Origin: Raillietiella orientalis
Taxonomy: Eukaryota
DNA length: 64,000 bases
Direction: 5' to 3'
Assembly: GCA_036172245.1 (NCBI GenBank)
Contig: JAYWIR010000017.1
Span: forward strand, 3,162,001 to 3,226,000
Position numbers and translations under genes: made by a program. The notes under the pieces were generated by a model, which worked only from the letters and a program-made list of their open reading frames with translations, made no database searches and was not told the origin of the DNA. Positions 49,420-62,409 of this stretch are shown piece by piece (the stretch's first letter is position 1; the number at the start of each line of letters is the position of its first letter).

Positions 49420-52400
49420 TCCATTATGCATCGCATGCACCAAGCGCCTTGATCTGCCCATTCGAAATCTTAAGCAATATTCCCATCAAGCTCCATGAGC
49501 TCATTCGAATGATTCTTCCTAGAAACAAAACAAATATGGCGGATATTCTAAATCCATTACAGAGCAAACTGTCGATTCTTTCTAAAGAGGAACCAATAGT
49601 TTCCTGCTCTAAAGATTCAGGTATCTGTTTAGGCTACTTGAATTATTAAGAGTGCAGTTTGGCTAATCATGGCACATTCTGGATCTTGAAGAGAATTGAT
49701 GATTCTTAAAACACTGTCGGCGAATTGAGCCTTACAGAGACGGGAATTGTTGTGCTTGCATTTGATAGCATCTTTTGAGAACACTGATAGGGGAATCTCA
49801 GTACTGTTTTGGGGGTTCCAGAACGCAATGCTACGTTTCAGAGAAATCACATTCTGGGCGCATAGTAGGAACAGCTCGTAAGCTCCGTCTCCTTACTTCG
49901 AGAGTTTGGAACACAGATTATTCGGAATACATCGTATAATACACCGCATCTTCCGAGGAACTTGATTTAACAAGACTTCACATGTTGTTGGTTGCAGTTC
50001 ATTCATCTTGCTCGGGAGTCCCTTCGGCTTTCAGAGACTGGCATGGAGAAACTCGGGTCCCGCGCTGTTTCCCGAGTTCAGTTCCAAATTCAGAATGTAG
50101 AATTCGGAAGCTCAATTGGCTCCTGATTTCATGTCAGCCAAGTCGTGTCCCAGCCATGGAAAATCGAGGAACAGGATTCGGTTCGAAATCCCCTCTTGAC
50201 TGGCCAAGCAACGGAAATGGTCGTCGGAGAATAATTATCTCTTCAGCTTTCGCTCGATGCCACAATTTTCAGACTCCTCGTGAAGCTTTGCGGTGATCTT
50301 GCAGAGAAGTGATGATTCTTAAATTCAAAGTTCAAGAGATCAGAAAATGTAATTCTCAGTCACAATTATCAAAATTTTTCTTTCACCCATCATCTTTGCA
50401 ACATGCTGAAGACTTGACTTTTCGAAAGAATTTCTCCAGGGCTTTGTGAGGAACGAAAGTAAGTCTAGCTGGTAACTTCCTCGGATCGGCTGGTTCCTTC
50501 TGGAGGCGTCAGCATCCTGAGGGAACAAGCAAAAGAGTGAGTGATACATTCACTCAAAATCGGACAAGCGCATCTCGTTACACACAGAATCATAATCTCA
50601 AAGAAGGGTAAGAAAGTTTTAAAAGACATTCCTGGTTCCATTTTGACCTGGAACAAATTTCGGTTAAAAAAAAAAAAAGCTGTCGAATATCCTCACTTGC
50701 ACTCTCTTGATGATCAGAGGTCCTTTTTTTCATTTTCGGTGGGATTCCTAGATGACTCGGGAATTCACGAGCATCTTGTTTATCTTACAAAAATGTTTCT
50801 GGAATATCGACACATGAACGTGATCAACAAGCGTTGCAGCACACGCAACTCAAAATCGTTAACGAACTCAGATTGAAAATGCTGCAAATACTGACATTAA
50901 TCCGAACCGTCAGACTTTTGGCATGGGCTATGGAAGAGGTCTCCAGAAATTCATGCCATTTGGCCTAATGAGCGTGGAAAGGCCGAACCCAGGGTTTTCA
51001 GGAACTGAGATTAGGTCCAAAGAGTACGGCACGATCGGTCTAATTAAAAAAAGGACCGCAAGATGTGATCGGAAAAGCATGGCATAGATGAGACGTGATG
51101 TTTTAAGGGATGTTTCGCTCCAGCGGGATGAGGAGCGTCTTGGATTTTCGAGTGTGGAGATTCGAACCGGACCTCAACGGCGGATTCCTGTCTCTTTCTT
51201 CCAGCAGGGGTAATCGAAACACGAGACCTCGAGTTTAGGTCGATGTCAGGTTCAGCGTTTTCTCATCAGTCAATGGATGGATGGTTTCCCTCAAATTCTT
51301 CTCTTTTAAAAGCAGAAATTTTCACCCCTGTAAATCTCCTAGGTGAATTTCATCTTCCGTTTTCAGACCTTTTCACAAAAGCAGGACCCATGATTGACTC
51401 GAGAATTCAGGCTGCCCGAACGAATCACCAAACGCTCCCTCTTCTTCGGCCAGTGAGGAAACACTGTTAAAATTCTACTTGTCATCAGACTTGATGGGCA
51501 CTTTCCTACCTGAACTCGCGGGTTGTCATACTTACGGAGATATCAGCAATGTCAATTTCCACATTTTCAGGACTCTCGGAGAGCGATAATTCCATTAGAG
51601 CACGAGGATAAGAAAGTTACACGCCTTGAGAAGATTAAAAAGGATAACGTGGAAGGTTTGCATCTTGCATGTTTCCATTCATTAAATCATTTGGATTTTG
51701 GAATTGCTCTCTTTCTATGCTGATGAGCTGACTAAATCATTATGTACCAAGGTAATTTTAGGCTTTTAGCAAAGTGTTTCTGTTGAGATAATCTGCTAAT
51801 GCGATAAATGGACAACAACTTCATGCTCCCTAGAAACGTAAATTTACTTTCTAAACAGGAATAGAGTAAATAGATAAATATATACAAGTGTAATGAAATA
51901 TACTTATGATTGCAGTGAAACTTCGGTGTCATCCTTATGTACAGTATGTCCCCGTACAACGAGGATGTGTACTGCGCGACGAAGAAATGGCCGCGACCTA
52001 TTGTAGAGGGCGGTAAATCAGTCCCGAAGAACACGCTGTGGCTCAATTTTCATTTTGTGGCACGGTGTCAGCTCAACTGAACACATGATTCAAGTATCTT
52101 GAGTTCCATTTCATTCCCATCCCGTGGATGAAAAAATACATTTTTCAGCGATGAGAGCGATAGAGGGCAAAGCGTACACTTGTTTCCATGGATTCAGTGC
52201 CAACACTCAACTTTCACTTCAAGCTAAAGAATAAGCAAACACTTGGGATTTGTCTTTTATTGAAAGTGAAGCAAGAAAAATTCTACCGTTAAAGTACCGT
52301 TCCAGGGTACATTTTACATCTTTTATCAGCACCATTACATTATCCACTTGCAGCCCAGAGGGCTCGTATGACGCGAATTCCTATAAGGCGAAACATCTCT

Positions 52401-52771
52401 ACCGCGTTATGGGGGTCTACTGTAGTACGAAATCTCTGTTTCTTTTCTTTTTTAACTCGAAGCACATGCATTAAGCATATTGTAACGGCTTTCAGACTTT
52501 TCATTCCCCCGTTTTCCAAATCTAAAATCAAATGGGAGCTTCTAACTTGAATGTTCTTCGATGTAAGAAGAAAGCATGGTGAACACTGAAAACAGATTGC
52601 TAGCAGAATGAAATAAATAAATTCACATCTGTTTACCAGGACACTCATTGAAGGGAGGCTACGAAGCAATCCATCCATCAGAACGGAGGAAGCTGCATTT
52701 GTCAAGTGTTCTGCATGTTGCTCGGCGCCGCTTTCGAGATCGTTAGCAACAGAGATCGTAGAGGGTTCCAT
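49420..52771 (-). pseudogene. Spliced pseudogene of an unidentified gene family
   Basis: ATG at 52771 (MEPSTISVANDLESG...), several short GT-AG introns and a ~1.1 kb exon starting 'ccctcag|GATGCTGAC' near 50516, with stops and frameshifts. Confidence 0.45.
51938..52425 (-). repeat. Inverted partner of 42550-43027
   Basis: Reverse-complement match to 42550-43027. Confidence 0.9.
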
Positions 52772-53386
52772 GGTTTCCGTTTAATTAAGATTGACAGATG
52801 CAACTTCCACAAATGAAGATGGCATGCACGAAAAGTGCGGAACTTTGGAAATTTCTTCACCTTCTCTTTTTAGGGCCGTGTTTCATCCTGCGCCTGCAAA
52901 CGGATGGTTTCCAAGTTGTGTTACATCCGTAGCATTTTTTTTTTTATGGAGCCACTGAAAGGTCCATCGAGATTTTCGTAAAGTACATACCGTAGGCAGG
53001 GCAATTGCGTGCACTGCAGTCCACCGCAATCAGTCTCGGGAGGTCAGATATCTTATCTGAGAGTATGATCGGTACAGTTTTCAATTTACTGTACGGCGAG
53101 TGGCTGCACCATGAGGACCGTGTGGTTCTGATTCGTACATCCTAGGGAAAGAAAAATCGTGTACAGTTCCTTGACATTCAGAAAATGAATGCCAGAAACA
53201 TTCGATCATTTCTTCCTCATTTGATTTCTAAACAGTTTTCTAAACAATTTTTTTTTTTCCAACGTGGAAACAATTCGTTCGTTATTAAGCGAGACACTAA
53301 TACAGTAGCCCTGGGAATCCCGTTCTCGAAACGAGGAAGGTACGGGACAGAATTACAACGGGTAAGATAAAGGTCTTCAGTTAAAC

Positions 53387-53994
53387 CAGTGCTTCCCAAA
53401 GTGGGAGATAGCGCCCCCTGGTGGGTGCTGGAACGATTCAGGGGGTGATAGTAGCCTAAAGTGCAATTGGCGGGCGTTGAATAAAAATAGGGAGATGGGA
53501 AGGTGAAAGAATACAGAAAGAGGAGAAGATGAGAGGAGTTTAAGAAAAAGCGCTCGTACGAGATTCATCCGCTGTGCAACATGGGAAGTCGTGGCCACTC
53601 GGTAATTTGTTTCCCAAATACACGCACATCGATTCGTGGTCAAGTCTGCCGACGGGTCTCGTCAAGCAAGTGTCGACAGACAGAGCGTGCCGCGCACTGT
53701 CGGAAAACCCAGCATCCATCTTCAGGAATGCGTGCGTGCCATTACTTGTTCGCAATGCCATATATTGATAGGCGAAATTGTGAAATTCCAATTTAGATTG
53801 TTCCTGAAATGTGTGAGAAGCAGTTCAAAAGAGTGAACAGGACGTAGGTGGAGATGCAGATGCATAAGATAACGCAGATTTGCCACCGCATCTTCCTCTT
53901 TGTTCGCTTAAAGAAGGTACATTTTCAGGGGGGGCTCTGCGTAATTTCGAATCCGAAAAAGGGGCGGTAGGGTACATAAGTCTGGGAACCTGTG
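53387..53994. mobile_element. hAT (Charlie-like) non-autonomous element, 608 bp
   Basis: Identical 8-bp TSD AGTTAAAC at 53379-53386 and 53995-54002; imperfect TIRs CAGTGCTTCCCAAAGT and AGTCTGGGAACCTGTG. Confidence 0.9.
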
Positions 53995-56900
53995 AGTTAA
54001 ACCATGTAATTCCCCCCCTCTTCCCCCAAATCAAAATAACCTGAATATAAAAATTCTGGTAAACCGGAAAAGCGAGATGATAGGAACAAGGCACACGCGA
54101 ATGAACTCAAGACAAGAACCGAAGAGCCGTGAACAACGAAAGGTGATGAGAGAGAAGCTGAGGTATCACCATCCTCGAGGCACTGAAGAAGACTTTAATT
54201 GCTTTACTTTTCACGAAGGCGCCGCTTACAGAAAATTAACGAATATAAGAGACTGACATCGCCGAGAGCATTCGATGCAGCAATTTGCATATGTTGTTTA
54301 CTCGTTTTTTCCCATGTGCCCGACAGCATTCCGCCTGCACCACATATTAATTAAGGATTCGTAATTTTGTGCGTCAGTCCCATTTTGAATACGGTTGCAA
54401 CATGGATGGAACACGAACCCCTTGTTATTCCCACTCCCCATCTCTGAGGTGCAAGTTCCCCAGGAAGTACGAATCCTGTCAAAAAAATGGGATTTCTCTG
54501 TTTCATACACGGGATCGTTTTTTCTTCTCCCTGCTTGCGTTTCCAGTGCTGACGAGTTCCAGAATCCAGTTTTCTGGAGGCCTCAAACCGACCTGACGTA
54601 ATTGATTTCAATTCATCCTTTCCAGTTATGGAGGCCGTCTAGAACGCATGCAACCTCTCTGACACCCTCTCTGATCAAGTGATCATTTCTGTTACGATCG
54701 CTCTGTTTTGCTTCCTGAATTTGTGGATTCAAAGGTGCAGTCATTTCGCAATGGGTGGTGCTTCGATTTTCACACCGGGAACGAAGGAAGGAGTTTTACA
54801 CCGGGAATCAGAAAACTACTTCCATTCGTCAAAGATTGCAGACCGGTGATTCGAAACAGATGATAAGCAGGAAACCAGAACAAACTCAGAAGAAGTCTCG
54901 ATTTGAATCGCAAGCATCACTTCCTCTTGGAGAGAGAATTTTTTTGGTCTCAATTCTCCTTCGTCAGATTTATCCGATTTTGCATGATGGAACTTCATCA
55001 CGAGTCACAAAGTTGTTTCTCTGTGCAATAAGACGGCAAAGTCAGTGTTCAAACACGTTTTTGGTGCTCAAGAGTGAGGAAAAGCAGCTGATTCGGGAAA
55101 AACCGAATTTTTTCGGTAGCAGACTAGACGTTTCTTCAGACCATTACTCAATTTCCTAAAGTGAAACCAGACTTTGGAAGATTGGCAGCACGCTCGAAAG
55201 GCCTCGAAAGATTTTTGTGAAACCAAGTGATCTCTATTTGCTCTGCTCTCAGCCAGATTTCAGTCACAGTCTTTCTGATCTCAGCAATTGCACTCTGTTT
55301 TCGTAGAAGCTGGACTGGAAATGATCTTGTAGTACGTGTAAGCTGATCTATGAATTAGAATGAATCATTCTCAGAATGAGATTCTCAGGATTTGTTCTTA
55401 TTTGCAGGAGTACCACATACAAAAACGAGTTCGTTGCGAATGGAAAGGCATTGCCACTAACGCTTTTTTCAACTGATTATTAGTTTTTATCGAGCCACTG
55501 AAAGCCAAGATTGATATCTACAGCCCAAACAGTAGTTACGAGTTTTCTATCGTTATTCGAGCATTCATTGGCTTCTTCCTCATTGATAAGTAATTGAGGT
55601 TGAGAATTTGAATCGCTGAATAATTGAGAGATCTTCACAATTACATAGTCAGCCACTTCACAACACAGTCAGGAAAATTGCTTGCTTTCCTTTCAACTGC
55701 CTTCACAGCAGAACTGGAATTCGAACACGGAAGCCTCGTGCATACTGCGTGACTTATGCTAAGATAAAACTGGCATCGAAGCTCCCTTTGTCCTCCACTG
55801 CCGCTGAAAATATGTTGCCATGAGTCTAAAAAAAGTGTATCCTCCAGTCATTTGTTTCCTGGAATTGCTGCTCCAAGATAAGGTGGAGTGGTTGGCAAGC
55901 ATGAAATTCGGCGATGCTGTGCTCCAAGTACACGCTAGGCTTACCCAGGGGCGAGACTGTAGTTTTCTTCCTGTTAAAAATTAATAGGCAAATCCCGAAA
56001 GGCGCTATCAAAGAGTATGATAATTCCCTAAGAATAGGATTTCAAGAGGGAAGACAAACGCTGGCATCAAGTTTCCGAGAACATGTTAAATGGCATGATT
56101 CGCTAAATGGTAACGCTATTACACCATAAACCACATACGTAAACCACAATTTTCAATAAAGCATACTTCTTCTATCGACCCTGTACGTTGCATTCTCAAA
56201 TATTAAATGATCAGCATCTCTGTACATCTGTGGTATTCCTGAATTGAAAGCATTTCTGAATAGCGCGGAAAATGCCATATGAAATGCCAGATGCAGCCGG
56301 AATTATTGAATTCCGTGCCACAAAGCAATGCGCAGTGCTTCTTCTCATTTTGTCCTTGTTCAAGTCCACGTGGTACTTCCCCGTGTTCTCGACAGCCGTT
56401 CGTTAGCAAGTTGGTCAGATGCAGAAAGGTTTTTTCGCCTCGGGTGACTGGGAGGCAAGCCAGCGCCGAAACACGGCGAGCCCGATGCGTCCAAGAACAG
56501 ACACGGAAAACCAAAACAGAGCAGAACCTTCGTTGCAGCCTCTCGACGCAGCTTCCGGCTCGTAGCGTCCGATCTTTGAAGCGCGAGCGAGGAGTTTACA
56601 AAAGATTGATTCGCCTCATGGAGGCTTTCCATCCGAGTGATCTGATCCTCCTGATTTTCGAGTCTCCCGGGAAACGCTGGGCTCAGTTTCCACCGAGTGG
56701 GACAATTTCGAGTCCTGCGTCCCCCAAAGCGGTCGGGAGAAACGGAGAATCCGGAACTCTCCGCCTCGGATGAGAGCGACTGCAGCAGATTAAAAGATTC
56801 GCATTCATCATGTCGTCAGTGACGTAATCACAGACGCCTAAGCGTACTAAGTGTTCCAAGGGAATGAATCTTCCGGTGCTGACCGGCGCTCTGAAACAGC

Positions 56901-57244
56901 GATCCGAGCTCGCGTCTTACATGGATTTTCGTCATGCGTCTTCCTGAGTCTGGTTTTCCGCACGCCACATACGGGTGCTGCGGCTGCGCTTTCGATCAGA
57001 GTCCCGCTGTCGACATCTCTCATTTGGAGGGAAGCGGACCCTTCACGACCGTGCCAATGATGCATATCAAAAAAAAAAAAAAAAATCTTGACGTGATGGC
57101 ACCCGTGTTTCCAACGAATGTAGCGAAAGTGAGGACTTTCATAGCTAAGTTCAGTTCCCAGTAGAAATTTATCTTTTTCCGGTCCGCCAAGTTCTGAAAA
57201 ACCGTTTTCCTCTCCAGGTGGGTCTCACAAAGCTCTTCAGCACC

Positions 57245-58190
57245 ATCCACGCCATCCGAGGGTGCATGTGACTCCTCAAGTTATAGGAGGAACCACGGAG
57301 GGACCTCCCTATGAATCCAAAAAGATCACGGCGGAAGGAGTCCGTTCCTCTTACGTTTGGTAGGACGACCCTGAAGGTAACCCTTGCCCTGGTTGTCTAA
57401 CAAAGGGAGCTCCGAAAAGGACCTCTTCCTTATTCTCTCCGGAGGGACCTCCGGAGGCAGCCAGTCCTACTTTCTTTTCTCAGCAGGGAACCAAGAAAGG
57501 ATCCACTCCTGGAATTTCTTCTCCGGAGGCCATTTGCAAGGGAATATCTCCTTTTTCCTCCACCTCTGGAGAGGATCCTCCTCAAGGAAACCAGCTCCAT
57601 GGTAACAGCTCTATCTTCACAGCCAGAGGGGAGCCCCGAAGGAAATCACCTCTTCCTCATTTTAACCAGAGGGACCCAGTGATTTGTGAGGACCACTTCT
57701 CGATGCTTCTCCGGAGAACATCCTCAAGGGAACGGTTCTTTTTTCCTCCTCCTCTGGAGAGGACCCGAAAGAACCTTCCAAAAGTTTTCTGAAGGGCGCT
57801 CCACCTGAAGGGAGCAGCTCACTTCTTGACACTCCGGAAAGGCAACTCCACGAGAAAAACTCCACTCCAGGAAGGCGTCAACCAGCTCCAAGGCAACGGC
57901 TCCATCTTCGCAACTGGAGATGAACCCCGAAGGCACTTTGATTCCTGGAAGAACTTCAGAAGGTGACTTCCGATCCCGACCAGTCAGCGGGTCATCCGGC
58001 TTCCTCCAGTGTCGCATCCGATGGTTGGCCAACCAGCGTCATCCTACCGGGGAGGAGCGGGACTCGGAAGTCCACGGTGCACCCATTTCTCGCAATGGAT
58101 CCTTCGCGTGGGGGGATTCGAACCTGCGATGTTTGGTACTGCGCGCGCAGACCGCAGCCACAGGCGGCTGCCGACGCGGACGCAAGGTGC
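57245..58190 (-). repeat. Dispersed repeat family A copy (reverse orientation)
   Basis: Reverse complement aligns with 62410-63060 and 8790-9170; includes B-box-like GGTTCGAATCC. Confidence 0.8.
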
Positions 58191-59789
58191 AGCTAAAGAC
58201 CTGGCGCTCCGACTCCTGCTTCGCTGAGACGAAAGGGGGAGGGGGAACTCTGGAAGACCTTTTGTGCATCTGGAAAAATGGCACCATCAGTGGAGGAGGA
58301 ACCGCGCGTTTCGGTGGCAAAAATTCCGACGCACAGTTCCGGCGACCCGAAACCGCATCGATTCCAGCAGCTTCTACTTTCCTCCTTCGACATCCTCGTC
58401 GACTGCCAGGAGCGTGCCAACAGTCAGCCTGTCGAAGTCGCCAAGGGATTACAGCTGTGCTTGTCTGAAGGGCGCGCGAGTTGCAGAATTGCGCGCGTGC
58501 AGCATGCGTTGAGACGAAATGCTGGCGCGAGGGCCAATGGGAAAGAAAAAGAACGAGAGATTTCAGTAGAGCTGAGCGTGAAAGAGGGAAGCAAGTTTCT
58601 TGCATAAGGTCCACTCTTAGCATCACTAGTGAAAGCCAAAAAAATCGGAAAACGAAGTCTCAGCTTCCCAAAGGAATACAATTCAGAAGAGGATCCTTAA
58701 TTCTCATCCGACGGTCGATGGGAAGCTGCCAGGATTCGAGGAAGAAGAAGAAATAAGGCATCCTAAGCTCATCGAGGAGCTGTGCTCATTCGGTTCTAGA
58801 CAAGCGTACGGGCACAGAAAAGGGAAGGGCACATTCAGGAAGGCACAACCCACGTTCTTCCTGAAAGATTTTCAAGCCTCCTGGGAACTTCTTTCTGGGA
58901 AGCTTCATGCGACGTGGTTCGCTCCAGGTCGAGTCCTGCGTAAAAACGAACTGGAACTCGGAGCCGCGTTGGGAAGCGCGGAAGCCGCTGCCGTTGGCGA
59001 CCTCTGTGGACCCTGCTCAAGTTTTTCTTTTTTTCCCAGAGGAGGAAAACCTTTTCGTTCCGGGGTTTCCTCCGCCGCAAACGAAACCCTCTTCCTTCCC
59101 ATTCCTTTTCTTCCGTCTTCCCTCCTTCTCGCACGCCAGCCAACAGATCTTTGCTTTCACCCTTGGATATTTCTCTTCTTCCTCTGCTGGTTACACCACG
59201 GTGCCGCCGCCTAGGTTCCCCCCAAGCTCGAAGTCAACCCTTTGGTACACGGAAAGAGGAAAATGGGATTTTCCCTAACAAGAAACGGGTCGATAACACT
59301 GGGTGCGTGTGAATAGAAGTCTGAAAGCGGAACTTACAAACCGGAAAAGGTTGGCACACTCGGGAGGAAGGGAACATCAGATCACGGACAAGAATCTCCC
59401 CAAATTAAGATTTCGTCTGGAGCGAGCGCAAGAGGAGCTTGCGCTGTGCATGCGCTCGGGCAGGAACGGAGGAAACGTCCGGGAATCAAAACTGCGTTTC
59501 CTGGTGCATGCGAGACGATTGTACCTTTCCCGCCGCGACCTTCCCGCAGTCAGGAAGGCCCTTTAGAATGCAGCTGGAGGGTTTCGGCGCAAAGTGCTCC
59601 TCCAAGAGTGTCGGAGGAGCAAAAAAAGACGCCACCGCTTCGACCTGAGGTAAAACGGAATGGGATGGTAGGGAAGCGGAAGGGACCTTTTTTTCGCACG
59701 AAGGTTCTCGCGTCCTGCTTGCCTCCTTTCAGCTCTCGAAGTTTGGAACCGATTCGCGATTTCTGATTGGTGGATTTGGGCAGGAAATT

Positions 59790-60064
59790 CCCTTGTGGTG
59801 GGATTCCATGAGCCGTAGCTGCCTGCATGAGAAGTGCAGCTGGAATGATGGGTGAGAGGGGAGTGGGGGGTGGAATTCGCTGGAGAGAATGCTGAAATGT
59901 TTCGCGGGGAAGCGCCGCGTTGCTAGTTCAGGAGCGAGCGGCCCTCGGCCAAAAGACATCATGCCCTCAAAGAGGTCCCCCCTTCCCCCAAAAGAAAAAC
60001 CGCGCCTCAGTTTCCGGATGTCCACTCATGCTGTGTCCGTCACCACGAGCGCTCTCCCATGAAA
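59790..60064 (+). repeat. Left arm of the inner inverted repeat around the nucleoprotein EVE
   Basis: Reverse complement of 61292-61582 (e.g. atgctgtgtccgtcac.acgagcgctctcccatg; ttcgctggagagaatgctgaaa). Confidence 0.88.
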
Positions 60065-60074
60065 TTTCTCAGTT

Positions 60075-60960
60075 GTCATCTCGGATTTCAAACCTGCGGC
60101 GTTCTATTTGAGATCATAGAGAAGATGTTTGTTGAAAGAGCTAGATTGAAAGAGCCAACGGAAACAGATTCCAAGTCATTGTGTAAGAAGACAGCAAGTC
60201 AGGAAGATGCAATAGATGCCAATGCCAAAAATGAAGCAAGAATGCCTGAACAGTAATTGCTAGGATCACCAGGTGCTTCCGTAAATGTTACAGCATCATC
60301 TTTGAATGCATCTGGGTACTTTTGGCTCCTGAGCACCCGGAGCCAACTGTTTTGCAATTGCAGAAATTGATGGGAAAATATGACATAGCACTATTCAGTA
60401 AACTTAGGAGTGGATGAGTCTGTGGAACTGGAAGCTGGCAGCATCGTGGGAGCGTCATCTTTTTTAATCATTGGTATCGTGCTCAAATACAGCGACAGAT
60501 TCAGGGAAAACGTAGCGTTTTTTATGATGTTGGTGACATGCTTGCGGCCGATCTAGCTGATTTGCTCACACTAAGAGAAAAACTTCTCTTGTTTTGCCTT
60601 TCCAGGACATTCAGTGTCACTTAGACCACGTGCAGCTCAGGGGTGGGATGTGTAGCAGGATGAAGCTACTGATTACTGTAAGGCATGCGTTATCCAGAAA
60701 AAAAAAAAAAAAAACATTCTTTCTTTGGCTGTTGTGGATTGCATTGATGATGGCATTTACTGGGTCGAATCCCAGGATGCCAATCAGGAAAAGACCAGAG
60801 CTGCCCAATCAGTTGAAAGCAACTTCTGCCAGTATGTTGATTGTTAGGAGCTTCCAGTCAGATATGCACATCAATCCATGCACAGAACTGACCTATCTCT
60901 GAGTGATGTGCTTTATAGGTTAAATTTATTGAGTCCATCCTTCAGATATCGATTGTCAGC
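60075..60960 (-). other. Endogenous viral element: degraded phenuivirus-like (Phlebovirus/Tenuivirus N family) nucleoprotein
   Basis: Colinear motifs across frameshifts: ILGFDPVNAII (GFDP at 60761-60772), ARG (60625-60633), IGRKHVTNIIK/RY, LLSLLNSAMSYFPINFC, KYPDAFKDDAVTFTEAPGDPSNYCSGIL, FNLALSTNIFS, ERRRF (60090-60104). These parallel RVFV N YQGFD / TRG / EGKATVEALINKY / LTLSRVAAA / YPRHMMHPSFAGMVDPSLPGDYLRAIL / MNAAVNSNFIS / EKRREF as recalled. No introns seen. Confidence 0.7.
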
Positions 60961-60965
60961 CTGCT

Positions 60966-61098
60966 GGGGAAACCAAGTCGTCGGGATGAGTGCTGGGAAC
61001 CGCTCCGCAGAAGTCGATGCCAGTTTTCGATGGAAGGAATCTGCTGTGCGCAGCATCCGATACGGGTGGCATCTCTCCTCCTCAAATGTATTTTCCTG
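60966..61098 (+). repeat. ~130-bp repeat, second direct copy at ~61868-62002
   Basis: gggaaaccaag..gtcgtcg.gatgagtgctg.gaaccgctccgca...gcagcatcc.atacg...tcaaatgtattttcct is shared. Confidence 0.85.
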
Positions 61099-61291
61099 CC
61101 TAAGGAGACTGAATCCTGTAGGGATAAAGAATGTACAGAACCCCTGTGGATTGACTCCTGCTGCAATATGCCTCAACATGTAATAACCTGCCACATTGGA
61201 GGGGTAACGTGCCACGTGATGGTCCTGTAAATGGATCCGCTGGCTCATATCATCTCATATCATCATCAGGGCAGAACTCTTGCAGCATCTA

Positions 61292-61582
61292 TTCCATGGG
61301 AGAGCGCTCGTCGTGACGGACACAGCATAAGTGGACAGCCGGAAATGCAGGCGTGATTTTTTTTTTTTTTTGAGAGGGAAGGATTTCTTTGAGGGCGCGT
61401 GTCTTTTGACTGAGGGTCGCTCGCATCTCCATCAGTAAGGCGGTGGCGCTTCTTCGTAAACTCTTTCAGCATTCTCTCCAGCGAATCCTCCCCCTTCCCC
61501 CCTCCTCCATTCCAGCTGCGCTTCACCTGTGGCTTCATCTCGTGTACGCAGTTACGGCTCATGGAGTGTCACCAGAGGGAAA
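61292..61582 (-). repeat. Right arm of the inner inverted repeat around the nucleoprotein EVE
   Basis: Reverse complement of 59790-60064. Confidence 0.88.
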
Positions 61583-62409
61583 CGTCCAGACTCCTCCCAT
61601 CCACGATGGTGAGCCGACAGCGAGAGTTACCTCCCTCTCAGCAACACCCGCAACAGAGAGCAGCCCACAGCCGTCTCTAGAGCGAAGAACTATCTCTTCC
61701 GCTGCATCTCATGGCAACCGGTCAAAACTTGGTTCACGGTACGGGTCCCGCCCCATTGGGAGCGCGGCAGCCAGGACGAGGATGGCAACCCATGGCGAAC
61801 GGGAGGGAACCGCCGAATTTACAAGGAGGGGAAGGGGAGAGCATTGTCGAGAATTTCCCTACCGTGAGGGAAACCAAGAAGTCGTCGAGATGAGTGCTGA
61901 GAACCGCTCCGCAAAGCCGATGCGAGTTTTCGATGGGGGGAATCTCTGCTGCACGCAGCATCCCATACGAATGGCATCTCTCCGTCTCAAATGTATTTTC
62001 CTCCGTTTTTATTGTCATCTCCTCCTGCTCGTGCATGTGCTTTCTTCCGAGAGAAATTCGGAAAGCGAGGAAAGCGCCCCTATTCCTTCTGACCTCTCGA
62101 TAAACTTTGACGCAACCGCGAGGGCGATCCGACCAGCATCTGGTGGCCGTCATCTCAGGTCCCTCGCGGAAACTCCTGTGGCTCACGTCGCCTCAGGGGA
62201 TCGCGGATCTTCACATTCCTGACGCCCCTCCTCCTGCCGACCGCGCGCGAATTTCCGGAAAGACCAAAGGTCGAGACCTGTTTCCTGCGTGTGTTGCATG
62301 GAAAAAGTCTACGAGCGAGGAACCCTGGCCATTGCTGCCCGGTCAACAGGAGCCTCCCCTCTTCGAAGCGGATCGCCTTCTGCCTTCGAAATTTGGTGGC
62401 CGACTGCCG

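Noticed and set aside
42543..52425. CACTA element defined by the inverted segments
   Set aside because: No matching TAGTG end, no 3-bp TSD and no transposase.
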